Shown here: piece after piece, positions 49,725 through 62,319 of the stretch
Position numbering within the stretch: the first letter of the stretch is position 1
Layout of the letters: the number at the start of each line of letters is the position of its first letter
Translations under genes and position numbers: made by a program
The notes under the pieces: model-generated
The model's input: only the letters and a program-made list of their open reading frames with translations
What the model was told of the DNA's origin: nothing
The model's database searches: none
Source of the DNA: Utricularia gibba
Taxonomy: Eukaryota > Plantae > Magnoliophyta
DNA: 64,000 nucleotides
Direction of reading: 5' to 3'
Assembly: GCA_002189035.1 (NCBI GenBank)
Contig: NEEC01000016.1
Span: 1,612,001-1,676,000, forward strand

Positions 49725-52700
49725 ATGGACTCGAACTCCGACAAAGAAATTCATGAGAATACCTTTCATGTACCTCACCTTACGGGGAACTCGTCTCCTT
49801 CCTCGCACCATTCTGTTCAGTCGAGGATCTCTGATGGCCACACTGCGAAGGAGCCCGTCTTTAATGATCTGGGATCAAAACGTGTGAGGCATAGCTCAAA
49901 GGGTTCAGATTCGGAAGGATTCGGCTCCTTAAGTAAAGAGATGAATGATGATACAGCAAGGCTAATCTATATTAATGATCCCGAGAAAACGAATGAAAGA
50001 TTTGAATTTGCCGGAAACTACATTAGGACTTCCAAGTACACTTTCTTTACGTTCCTGCCTCGTAATTTATTTGAACAATTTCACAGGGTGGCATACATCT
50101 ATTTTCTTGTTATCGCGATCCTCAACCAGCTCCCTCAGTTGGCTGTATTTGGTCGTGGAGCTTCTATTATGCCATTAGCTTTTGTGTTGTTGGTCACTGC
50201 TATAAAGGATGCCTTTGAGGATTACAGGCGCTATAGGTCTGACAAGATTGAGAACAATCGGTTGGCTTGGGTTTTGGTAAATGGCGAGTTCCAGCAGGTA
50301 AAATGGAAGCATATCCGTGTTGGCCAGGTCCTTAAAGTTATTTCCAATGACACTCTTCCTTGTGATATGGTGCTGCTCTCAACTAGTGACTCGACTGGAG
50401 TTGCCTATGTGCAGACTACTAATTTGGATGGCGAGTCAAGTTTGAAAACTAGATATGCAAGGCAAGAGACACAAATAAAGAATATAGAGAAGGACAATAT
50501 TAGTGGCCTTATCAAATGTGAGGAGCCTCATAGATTTATTTATGGTTTCCATGGAAATATGGAGATTGATGGGAAGCGAATATCTCTTGGGCCTCTGAAC
50601 ATTATGCTACGTGGTTGTCAGCTGAAGAACACTGACTGGGTCCTTGGAGTAGCGGTTTACGCAGGCTTTGAGACCAAGGCAATGCTTAACAATTCAGGTG
50701 CTCCATCAAAAAGAAGCCGTCTTGAGACACGCATGAACCAGGAGATCATTTGTCTTTCTATTTGCCTGGTCGCCCTGTGTACTACAATCTCCATATGTCA
50801 TGGAATTTGGCTGGTACTTCACAGAAATGGATTTGTTCTTATGCAATTTTACAGGAAGGAGGATTATTCAAGGCCCAAAGTTCAAAACTATAAATTTTAC
50901 TCTTGGGGTTTGGAGATACTCTTTGTTTTTCTTATGGCAGTTATCGTTTTTCAAATTATGATTCCCATATCATTGTATATATCTATGGAGCTTGTTCGTG
51001 TGGGTCAGGCATTTTACATGAATCGAGATAAACATATGCTCGATGAAGTCTCAAATTCTAGATTTCAGTGCAGAGCGGTGAATATAAATGAGGATCTGGG
51101 ACAGGTCAAATATGTTTTCTCAGATAAAACTGGTACTCTTACTGAGAATAAAATGGTGTTTCGATGTGCGAGTATTGGGGGTCGGGACTACAGCAGTGCA
51201 GAGGAAAATAGTGAAGATGGTCCGTTGCCATGGCCTGTCCAAGGTTCGAAAAGTTCTATACCTCCAACCTTTCGCCTATGTTTTTTTTACTTAGAATGCT
51301 GTTTTGAAAAAAAAAATCAGTTACACTTTTATCCAGATTGCTTACATGCTTTGTTTGTAGAAGGGAGGAACAAGCAACCATTGAAGCTAAAGATGACAGT
51401 GAAAATTGACCCAGAGCTCTCTCGATTGTCCCAGTGCAAGAACTCTGATGAAAGCAGGTGTGTTCAGGATTTCTTCATTGCATTGGCTGCCTGCAACACC
51501 ATTGTGCCTGTTACTCTGGATGCACCAGATTCTACTGTGAAATTGATAGATTACCAGGGGGAATCCCCTGATGAGCAAGCGTTGGCTTATGCTGCTGCAG
51601 CCTATGGGTTTATGCTCGTTGAGAGAACTTCAGGGCACCTTGTTATTGATATCCATGGGGAAAGAATACGGTAAATATTTTTCTATTTTTTGAATGAATG
51701 AATATGTGGATTAAGAGTATGTTTATGCGTGAGTTCTTAGGGTATAATTTTTTATGTCAATTGGGCAGGTAATTTTGTTCAATTCTTCTCTGTAAACACC
51801 TGGATTATGCACCTTAGAGCTTTAACTATTGCACCCTTTTTAAGTAAATAGATGGTTTAGTTGAATCCGTCACAACCCGTGAACTTGGGAATATTTTCAT
51901 TGTATCTGGAAGATGAATAATTCTGCTCTCGAAATGGTTTTCTGATTTCTTGCATTTTTAAATTTTCTCTTTCTTTAGTTTTATTCTTTTTTTGCATAAC
52001 CGTTGTTGTGGCAGGTTCGATGTTCTGGGGTTGCATGAGTTTGATAGTGAGAGGAAGAGGATGTCAGTTGTGCTGGGGTATCCGGATAAGACAGTTAAGG
52101 TGTTTGTGAAAGGTGCTGATACGTCCATGTTTGGTATCATGGATAGAACACAAGGCTCTTGTATGTTAGATGGCACTGCAGAGCATGTTCATTTGTACGC
52201 TTCCAGGGGATTAAGAACTCTGGTTGTTGGAATGCATGAGCTGAGTTCATATGAATTTGAACATTGGCAGTCATCCTACCAGGCAGCTAGCATTGCGTTG
52301 GTTGGGAGAGCAGCTTGGCTTCGTAGAGTTGCCAATAGCATTGAACATAATCTCCGTATATTAGGTGCTACTGGGATTGAAGACAAATTGCAGCAAGGTG
52401 TACCTCAGGCAATTGATTGCTTAAGAAAAGCAGGCATCAAAGTCTTGGTTTTGACTGGTGACAAGCCAGAAACAGCCATATCAATTGGCTATTCATCTAA
52501 GCTCTTAACAAGCAATATGAGCCAAGTGGTGTTAAACAGCAACTCAATGGACTTATGTAGAAAGAGTATACAAGATGCTTTAGCCATGCTGAAGAAGTTC
52601 ACAACTGACTCTCATGATACACAGGAAGCTTCTCTCAAGGGAGAAGATCAAGTTGCTTTAATTATTGATGGCACAAGCCTCGTTCATATCCTGGATACAC

Positions 52701-54286
52701 AACTTGAAGATGATGTAATTATTTTATTTTCAGATTTCTTACACTATCATCATTTTATTCAACTGATCTTGTACTCCTTGCAGCTTTTCCGATTATCCAG
52801 CATGTGCTCTGTGGTATTATGTTGCCGGGTGGCTCCTATGCAGAAGTCTGGAATTGTTTCCATGATTAAAAAAAGAACTGATGACATGACTCTTGCTATC
52901 GGTGATGGTAAGTATCATTTTATCTTCAACTGGGGATAGAATAAGGTATGCATGTTAACCTCAAGTAAGCAATCATCTTCCATTGTTTGTAATACGCTGT
53001 AAATGTCAGGTGCAAATGATGTTTCAATGATTCAAATGGCTGATGTTGGCATAGGAATAAGTGGTCAAGAAGGCCGGCAAGCTGTTATGGCATCCGATTT
53101 TTCTATGGGCCAATTTAGGTTTTTGGTTCCATTATTATTAGTGCACGGTCATTGGAATTATCAGAGGATGAGCTACATGATATTATTTAACTTCTACAGA
53201 AATGCTGTTTTTGTTCTTATCTTATTCTGGTAAGTGTTGTTTCTGCATGATATTACGGATTGCTTACATTCTGTGAGAAACCACTGATTTCTCATTTATA
53301 ATTGAGAGCTAAATCTGGTTTTTAGACTGAATAGTGTGAAATCTTATGGATTCGAGTTGAAAAAGGGCTTGCCTGTGGTTTTAGTCTAGTTTTAGTCACT
53401 GTTTTATGTTCAGGATAGCATCTACATATTATAGAAAATATTCGAGTAATTCATTTTGTGTATGTTGTTAATCTGGAGGAGGCTGCCATATTGTGTCTCA
53501 TATTCACTTCTTTTCTTTTTGGCTTTTCTTCAGGTATGCCTTGTTTACTGGTTTCACACTTACAACTGCTATCACTGAGTGGAGCAGTTTACTGTATTCT
53601 GTATTATACACATCATTTCCAACGATAGTTGTGGGAATTCTTGACAAGGATTTGAGTAGGAGATCTCTCATGAAACAACCACAACTCTATGGAGCTGGTC
53701 AAAGGGAAGAAAATTACAACAGGACGTTGTTTTGGTTAACTATGGTAGATACTTTTTGGCAAAGTGTAGCTGCCTTCTTTTTACCTTTCATTGCGTACTG
53801 GGGAAGTGAAATTGATGCCTCGAGCTTAGGAGATCTTTGGACAGTTGCAGCAGTAGTAATGGTGAATATAAATCTAGCCATGGATGTTCACCGGTGGCAC
53901 TGGGCTATACATTCAGCTATCTGGGGATCCATCATCGCCACGTTCATCTGCGTCATGATTATCGATGTCGTGCCTACGATGCCTGGTTACTGGTACACCA
54001 CTTGCAAAATCAAATCTTCCATCCTTCTTCTTTCATTATTTTGCAATGTATACTCATCTGCAGATCCTCTTGCAGGGCGTTCTTTCATGTGGCAAAGACT
54101 GAACTCTTCTGGATTTGCTTGGCAATTGTGACGGTAACTGCACTGGTCCCTCGGTTTGTTGCGAAGGTTTGTGTTCAGTTGTTCTGTCCAAGCGACATTC
54201 AGATAGCCAGAGAAGCTGAAAAATTCAGCAACTCTCGGGAGTCCCAAGTGGAAATGAGTGAAATCTTGGATCCACCTCGGAGATGA
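49725..54286 (+). CDS. ALA1: Phospholipid-transporting P4-ATPase, ALA1-like; exons 49725-51243, 51361-51670, 52015-52714, 52784-52907, 53010-53229, 53534-53992, 54076-54286 (1180 aa)
   Basis: [29 protein letters not shown] (phospho-Asp), [27 protein letters not shown]. Splice phases close to an open 3543-nt CDS. Confidence 0.93.
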
Positions 54287-54602
54287 CAAAGAAAGCAAAC
54301 TCGCTCTCTTTCTGGTTAGATTTTTCCTCCTAGGGGTTGAATTATCATTTGTATATCGCATGCTGCTGCTCCAATAGATCAACCCTGTAATTTCAAGATA
54401 CATGAATCTCACAAATATTCTTCAATTCTTGATAGCACAACCTTTCTATGTTATTTCTAGTTTTCTTAACAGATCAAATCTTATGTTTAGAGAGAAAAGG
54501 GATGGAGGTTGAAAAAAAGGAGCGTGAATGTTGTTACATTCAGTAGCAATTTGCATCCACCAGCAACAACTCTCTGCAGTCTGCACACCTGGTTTCATGT
54601 GT

Positions 54603-54759
54603 TGTGTCAAATGGGAGCGGCGCATGCTGTCCTGAATTGCCCTGTCTGCAATGTCTTCCTCGGCCCGCCCCAGTGGATGCAGACATGCAGTGGTCTCTTT
54701 CCACACAGTGAGAGAGGGCAGGGCAATTCAGGACAATATGCGCAGCTCCCATTTGATAT
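54603..54759. ncRNA. Candidate MIRNA-like hairpin (~44-bp stem, ~68-nt structured loop)
   Basis: GTGTCAAATGGGAGCGGCGCATGCTGTCCTGAATTGCCCTGTC is the near-reverse-complement of GGCAGGGCAATTCAGGACAATATGCGCAGCTCCCATTTGATAT; about half of the differences are G:U wobbles on the plus strand. No expression evidence. Confidence 0.55.
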
Positions 54760-56313
54760 GGCGTTTTTTCCCAACATCAGTCATCTCTTTCCACATAGTC
54801 TTGTCCGGAATCCGGTGGATCGTCTGTGCATATGTTTTCTACTGTGTCGCCTCCGCAAAGCAGCTCTCAATGAAGCGATGCACGTTCTGTCTACAAGGAG
54901 ATGAACTCAAGGAACCCCCTGGGCCGCCAACGAGGAAGAGGCGTAAATCCATCCAGAGAAAACCCACCTAAAATGCATAACACGAGAACAGCACACAGGG
55001 AAGCGTTCCAGAAATGGGCAAGGTTTCCAACGGTGAGAGGCGTGCCTAACGGTGTTGGTCGGTCGCCGTCTCCTTGGCATCCAGGAAGTTCCCTCTGAAT
55101 CCGATGAAAGTCAAAAGGGCATCTATCTATCTATCTCCGAGTATCAATTTGCGTACCTTTTGGGAAGCTGAGATGTATGCGTTGACAGAGTGCACGCCTG
55201 CGCGGCGCCATTTAATGCAATTCCCCCTCGACAAAGCAAGGAGACGAAACACGGAAGGAAACCAACCAACATAAACACAGCCCTAAATCCTATCAAAATT
55301 AGAATTAGTATTCGTATTCCAAATGCTCGGATTTTATTATATCTTATTACTCGTTTTTAAATTACATTCTATAATAATATCATATTATAATTTTTTGTCG
55401 AAAAAGATACGGTTTATATTTTTTGCTAGTATTTTATTCCAAAAAGGATAATTAATATACATAACTTTTTAAATCACAAAAATATGTATAATGAAAAAGA
55501 GAAAAATACAAGAACAATATTTGAAATTTCAATCAATATAGAGAGTTTAATTCTTAAATTTTAAAATTATAAAAAACAACTTAAATTGTCAAAACTGTGA
55601 AAACCAACTTTTGTTTTCATATTACAAATTTTTTCTATCACATTTGAAGTTTGATGAATCAAATGATATCCTTATTAGGGTTATATCGTATTTACATTTT
55701 GTATTTTTCAAAATGATAATAGTTATGTCATATTCGTATTTTATATAATTTAAAGTGATAATAATTATATCAAGTCTCATATGATGTATTATTATAATAA
55801 AATTATGATCAAAATCAATTAATTTAATAATATAAGGGTTTAAATATATAATTTCATAAATTTGAAAATAAACTATTTACAAAAAAAAAGTAATTTGAGA
55901 GATGTGTGACCTGATTTTTTTAATTTGAAATTTAAATTTTATGGTAACTATATTAAATTATATATTGAATATATATATATATAATATTTAAATTGAATAA
56001 TATATTGAATTATATTATTAATGAGTTGATATAGACATTGGATTTTAGAATGATTGTCTTTAAATTGGACTCGGATTTTTCGGATATCAAATTTTTGTTA
56101 CACAAGATCAATGTTGTCTGATTTTCTTATTTTGACCTGGGAAATGATGATGCACGGGAGACAAACGATACAGACATATATACTGGCTTTATTTCTTCAT
56201 CAAGACCAAGCCAACTGTTACAACAACACAGTTCTGGGATTGGTAAAGATGGACATGAGTATGGGGAAATTTATTCTAACATCATAATTCGTATGAGAAA
56301 TGCGGCCCGGGGC

Positions 56314-57917
56314 TCAGACAAGAGCTAGAGCAGAAAGGCTGTAGGGGTTAGCAAAAGTTGGAGAAGGTGTGGTGCAAGAAACATACGCGATCACCGCATT
56401 CAGATGTTCAGTGGGATGGAAGTTGTCATAGAAGATGTATTTGGTTCTATCGGGGCAAGGGGGGACTGCTGAGTTTTTAGCACACTGCCCTACTGCAGCC
56501 GCTGTATATTCTGTTGATTCCGATACCGCGCAACAGGGGATGTTCGTGACATTGAAACCTGTATCTCATTGGATTAGAACAACACACTGTAACTGAAAAG
56601 TATAAGCTTTTTTTTTTGTTTTGTTACCTAGATCTGCAGGATTTCCAGAAGCAGAGATGGCGAAAGCGTCGATGTAAGTGAACTTAGTCCCAATCAATTG
56701 CGCGCTAAGCTGAGTCACCAGTGCTTTGAGCTTTTCGTTGAAGAGAGACACTGCGGCGTTAATAAAGTCGACGCATGGAGATCCGTTGGTGGGAGGGTAC
56801 AATTCTAGCTCCTGCGGTATGCATCCGATCAAACCCACGTTGAAAACCGCGATCTTCCTCGCTCCCAAAGCGTAAAGAGTCTGCATACCCAAGACCGACA
56901 TCATTCGTAAAATCGAAATTCAGAATGAAGATAGAGATTGAGGTTGAGGTACCAGCCTGGAGTTGAGTAGAGTATTTGGTGATCAACTTATTTGCAAAGG
57001 CGCTAGGTGTGCCTCGCGATTCCTGGAGCCTGTCCTTAAGATAATAGTTATTGATGTAATCGTTGCTGCCGATGTTGATTATGTATAAGCACTGCTGCAG
57101 GCTCTGACGACTCAAGCCCGTGGAGGGTATTGTTAATGCATGATGGATCAACTGCTGGTCCATTGAATACCTTTCTCCCTGCACGATCAGACAAGAAAGC
57201 TTTCTCCTCTTGTAGTGATCACGCTTACAGACATAGGTTCGAAGCAGTTAGCTTTTCAGGTTCTTACAACGTTAGACCCCGATTCCTCGAGGATCCCGGC
57301 GGCTCCCGACGCATAGTTGACGCCCTTTGAGGCGGTGCCCGGGTTGCGACACGTGGATGCCCAGGAAGGAATAAAGGTTGGATATCCAAGACATTGAGCT
57401 ACACGAAGAAAAAAGGCATTCACAACAGTGTAACGATGATCGGTGTGTAAAATTTGTGGTGAATGAAGATGAGGTCTTCGGATCTGGATTACACCAGACA
57501 AGTTTCTTTTTTTCTTGCATCAACCTGTTCCAAGTCTCGTTGTCGGGGAAACATGTGTACTGATCGGGATCTCAGAAGCTTCGCATATTATAATAAATCT
57601 ATTATCTGTCTTTTTAGATATTCAAACTTGGAATGAATGTGTAGTTTAGAACCTATGTAATCGGGGATGTTCTTCCCGTTGGAGAATCTTCCGGTGGGGG
57701 TGTTGCCGTCGCCGTAGTCGATCCCGTAGGGAAGATAGTTGGCCTTAGCCTTGGTGACCAGGTCGTTGTTGTTGCCGTTATCGAACTGGGAGTCCCCGAA
57801 GAAGAAGAGACAGGGGACCTGGGGATCGCCCCGAACCAAGAACTTCGGCTGTATAGCGATGCAGAGCAGCATGGCCATCGCCATATGCGCACTTAGCTTC
57901 GCAGCACCACCTGCCAT
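56314..57917 (-). CDS. Secreted GDSL esterase/lipase; exons 57653-57917, 57268-57398, 56957-57178, 56628-56880, 56314-56558 (371 aa); intron 3 is GC-AG
   Basis: Signal peptide, FFFGDSQFDNGNNN, PTGRFSNG, GVNYASGAAGI, IGSNDYINNY, LYALGARK, FYDNFHPTE (catalytic Asp/His). TATA box at ~57955. Confidence 0.92.
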
Positions 57918-60187
57918 CTTCTGCTGCTTCCATCACCCACAGTTGACGATGCTATATATAACCAGCAATGCTGCAGTAGGGTTGGGAGTTCCCTGAATGA
58001 TACACACAACGAAATTTAATACCTTTTGGTGGACTTGGAATAGAGAATGTGTCCCGCATGCTTGATCATGGACGTAGAGATTCCCCTTCTACCATGGCAA
58101 GAAGGAGCGTTGACATGCTATGGCTCATGTATGTGACTTTGTGTATGGTGCAGAATAAAAAAAAAAAAGTACAAACGAATCTGAATAGGGGTTGAATTTT
58201 GAAGCTTGTACAAATACGAACAAAAAATGTGCCCAAAGTTAGCGTAATGTTTTGAAAGCCAAGGAACTGGTTTTCACAGTTCAAGAGGCAGGATTAAAAA
58301 CAGAAGGATATGGAGGATGGACCATGTGTGTCTCAGACAGTCCTTGAACTCTACGCATGCAGCCTTGGATCTAAAAATGAATAGGTTTTCAGGTGAGTTT
58401 GGTGAGGGATAAATTTGAAAATCTCTCTTTGCAAAATAGCACCTGTCAAGGTTTTATCTTTAGTAAATAACAATGAATTGGATATTCTTTGCAAAATATC
58501 ATAACATGGCAATGAAAAAATCTTTAGTAAATAGCAATGATTTGGTTTTTCTTTGTGTTCTAGTATTGATATTGGAAACTATTTGTGATAGAGCAATGAT
58601 ACATACATTGTGTATTTAAATATGCACTTATACGAAATCCTTTCTTTAAGAAGTTGTTCGATTTATTTTCGATTTGGAGAGAGAAATTATTGACAATATT
58701 TACAAAATATCATATTTTGATTGTGACATCTAATTTATTTTAAAATAAAGAAATATATTAATTATGACACCTACAAGATAGATTATTTATAATGTACTGC
58801 ACTTATTTTTATTTTTTAAATTAATAAGTTTGTATATATGTAATATTTATAATATTTTTTTAATAGGGAAATTAAATCAATAACCCTCTGTAAAATTTTT
58901 ATTTGCAGAATAATACTGTTTGTAAATTTTTGTTGTTTTAATAAATTATTTTTCTTGATATGTTTTATGTATATAATAAAATATTTTTATATGTTTTACA
59001 ATTAACTATATAAAAACCTTTTAATAAATCATAATAACTTATTTAAATTATAAAATGTGTGACATATTTATAATATATTAATTGTATTTTTAATACAATA
59101 TATTAAAAATAAGAGATTTATACATGTTAATAAAAAATTAAATTCAGAAATAATTAAATAAGAAATTATCATTAAATTAGTTTGTAGAAATAATAATTAG
59201 TAAAAACCTTTAAACCTTAAAACCCTAGACCTCAAAATTGAAATTTATGTTTGTTTTTTATATAAATGATTTTTAATAATGACATTTATCATTAAAAATA
59301 TTGTAATACATTGAATATTCATGTTAGGATTATAAATACAAACATTTTTCATACAAGTATAATTATATTATATTTCCAATGTTTTCTTCTATAATACCTT
59401 ACAATATATGATATTAACTTAGAAAACAATTTACATTCGTATCAAATTTTTATTTAAGTGGTTATTTTTAAATTTTAATGTGATTTATATGTTTGTAAAA
59501 ATTTAAAAATAATTTTTAAATTTCATGAAAAATTATTTTTTATATAATGGACATAAATTTTAATTATAAATCATTTAATAAATAATTCATATCCGTAATT
59601 ACATTTGAAGGAGTTTGATAAATTTTTCGTTACCTACAAAATATATATTTATGTATATGTCATCCCTACAATCCAAAAATGATACAAGTTATGAAGATAT
59701 TTTTTTCCAATATTAACTTCAAAACTTTAATAACGTAAAATTTCACATTTTTTTATTTTAAATTTATATTATGCAATATCAGATTTTGTATTTTATTATA
59801 TTTAATTTAGACTTTATCTAACTTCATTTTTAAAAGTATTTGTATTTTAATAAACATACATTCTGTTGTATATTTTTATATTAGTATTTATATTTTAATA
59901 AATACAATTTTTTCATTATAAAATAAATAATAAACATAGATTAACTTTATTTTAAAGTAGCAAAGCACATATATATCAATCACAAATAAATAATTTGTAT
60001 ATTTTGGATAAGATATATTTTATTTTAGAAATATTTCATACAAAAATTATATATATATATATTAAATTCAAAAATGAATATACTTTAAATTTGATTACTC
60101 TAAACATATTTGATAGAAAATAAAAAGAATTGATAATAGGTAAAAAAAAATAGTAGACCATATTTTGTGAATTTGAAAAAAGTATAT

Positions 60188-61383
60188 TGATAAGTAATTT
60201 TGTATCACTTATATTTGTGGTTTTTAGGATTCTCTTAAATGAGTTTTGCATTCTTTTTATCCCATTTTCTTTATGTTTTTAAAAGATATTTATATTTTTC
60301 ATACCACTTTGATCTTTTTGGAAGGAAAGTATGTTTTGTGATTTTTCAGGACAAATTTGAAATAATTTGGAGGATTTTTGAGCTACTTTGATGGAGGCTA
60401 AGATTTGGTTTATCCGGAGATGAAGACTCAGTCAAAGATTCTCGGATAAAATAAGATTTGTATCTTATCTTGGAAAACTTGAATCTCATCTTAGAAGATT
60501 TGTATCAAATCTTAGAAGATTCGGATAGAAGATTTGATGTGAGCCCATCAAGAAAGCCTGAAAAATCTCCACCAATATAAAGATCCAAACGCGAAGACCT
60601 AAAGGAGAGAGTCGAAGTGGTGGACGACCTAAGAGTCAATCTAGGGTTTAGAGTCGAGTCTAGCATGTTTTGGATTCCTTTCCCTTCGTTTTTCATCAAC
60701 TTTTGTTGTTTAGAGTCAAGCATGCGCGTGTGAGCGCTTGCGGCTGAGGATCTGCTGTGAAGCCTTGTTTGCGCAAGTTCTGCGCATGTGACTGTCTTAC
60801 CATGTTTTTCAGCATTTAATTTGAGGTCTGATTCTGTTTTTCGCAACGTTTTCTTTACCAACGTGATCTTTAGTACCATATAACCCTAAAGGAGTGTGGG
60901 AGAATCAAAAATTGGCCTCAAGCACCTAAGGAGAAGGGCTCAATCGGACATCGTTGGTAAGACACATTCTGTCTAATCTGTCTGCGAGGTGTGAGGTGTA
61001 GGGGTTAGATTTGGGTATGAGGAAAATATGGGTTATCACAAGAGGTGAAATGACTCTGGTGGCATGGTTGATTCCATAATCCCATAAAACAAGGAACGGT
61101 GTTATAACGGTCACCGAGTAGTACTACTTTAGCATAACACCCCCAAAGCTTGCGCAAGTAGGTCAGTTCTCAAGGTTTGTACACACGCAAGGGCGAGTTT
61201 TAAGTAAGGTGAATCTTAGATCCAAGACCATTTTTCTTATTGTTTTCAAAAACCAAATCTTTATTTTGTTTCCAATCTTTTTAACTCTTTGTTTTGAAAA
61301 GAATATTTTAATAATAATTCCCTGTGGATACGATCTTATTTTATTACTTCGACGGTTTCTGTGCACTTGCAGAATTACCATCA
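60188..61383. mobile_element. Gypsy (Athila-like) solo LTR, 1196 bp, with a perfect 5-bp TSD TATAT
   Basis: TGATAAG...ACCATCA; TATAT at 60183-60187 and 61384-61388; 3' motif ttacttcgacgg...gtgcacttgcag. Confidence 0.85.
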
Positions 61384-62319
61384 TATATCCACTACATGCG
61401 TGAGAGAGTCAGTAGCACCAAGAGGTTCATTTGCTATCATAGAGAGCCAAGAGGTTGATTGATTAATATATTTGCATAATTAAACTTCACTTAAATTTTA
61501 TATTTTAAGGTTTCATTATAATGGACAATAAAAAGTAAATGAGTGCAATTTTTTTTTTTTGAAATTAGAGAATTCATGATGAACTTAAACATTGAGTATG
61601 CTGAATCCTCTAGTCAACCATTCACTCAACATGATCTATCATATGTATATGGAGTTGTATCCGCACAACAATCAGGAATTGTACTTGGAAGTCTACCACA
61701 ATGTGATACAATTCTTTTAAGTGCACAAGAGACAATTGGTAAATTTTCTAATTTTCTATCTTATTTAAAAAGGAATCAATTAACATTTTTTAAATTTAGA
61801 AGTCGAAAAAATTGACATTGTTATTCTTTTAATGCCTTTCTCACGTGTTTTAGGATCACACCAACCATCCATCATATACCCAATGATCCAATAGGCGATT
61901 CCTTTCCAGATGTTAAGCCAAATGAAGACTACTTTTGAATTATATCTTCTGATGATGGTGAATTGGATGATAAGGCCGAATAAGAACACGAACATGAAGA
62001 TAATGATGATAATACTAATGATATTGTCTCATATGGTAATGAACTATCAAGAGCAGATGCATTCAACACAGCAACAAAATGGTAACGTGGTCACATTAAT
62101 CTTTTTTTTTTATATATTAGTCACTTTTTATTATTAATTATTTAACAAAGTAATAGTGCCTTACCTTAAATATCGCATTTATTTCTTTCTAGCCTTTTCA
62201 TTGCAATCACAATTTAGAGTTTCTGAGGCTCCACCATGGCTTTCTTTTCAACCTTCACTTATGTAGCAAGATTCAATGGATGTGTCAATTTTATATAGTC
62301 AAAAATTTGCTAAAGATTC

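Noticed and set aside
54625-54730. miR399 call for the hairpin (it shares GAATTGCCCTG / CAGGGCAATTC with miR399/miR399*)
   Set aside because: Only 11 nt match, the TGCCAAAGGA seed is absent, and the matching segment is on the 5' arm whereas miR399 is a 3'-arm miRNA.
54509-54904. RING/zinc-finger-like ORF (HTWFHVLC...CPVC)
   Set aside because: The N-terminal CxxC is missing, there is no credible start or exon structure, and the motif overlaps the inverted-repeat arm. It is treated as coincidence unless BLASTx finds a parent gene.
58300-60180. Extremely AT-rich tracts (also 40860-42060 and 55300-56050) as functional elements
   Set aside because: No periodicity, termini or ORFs could be supported by eye; probably decayed non-autonomous elements.
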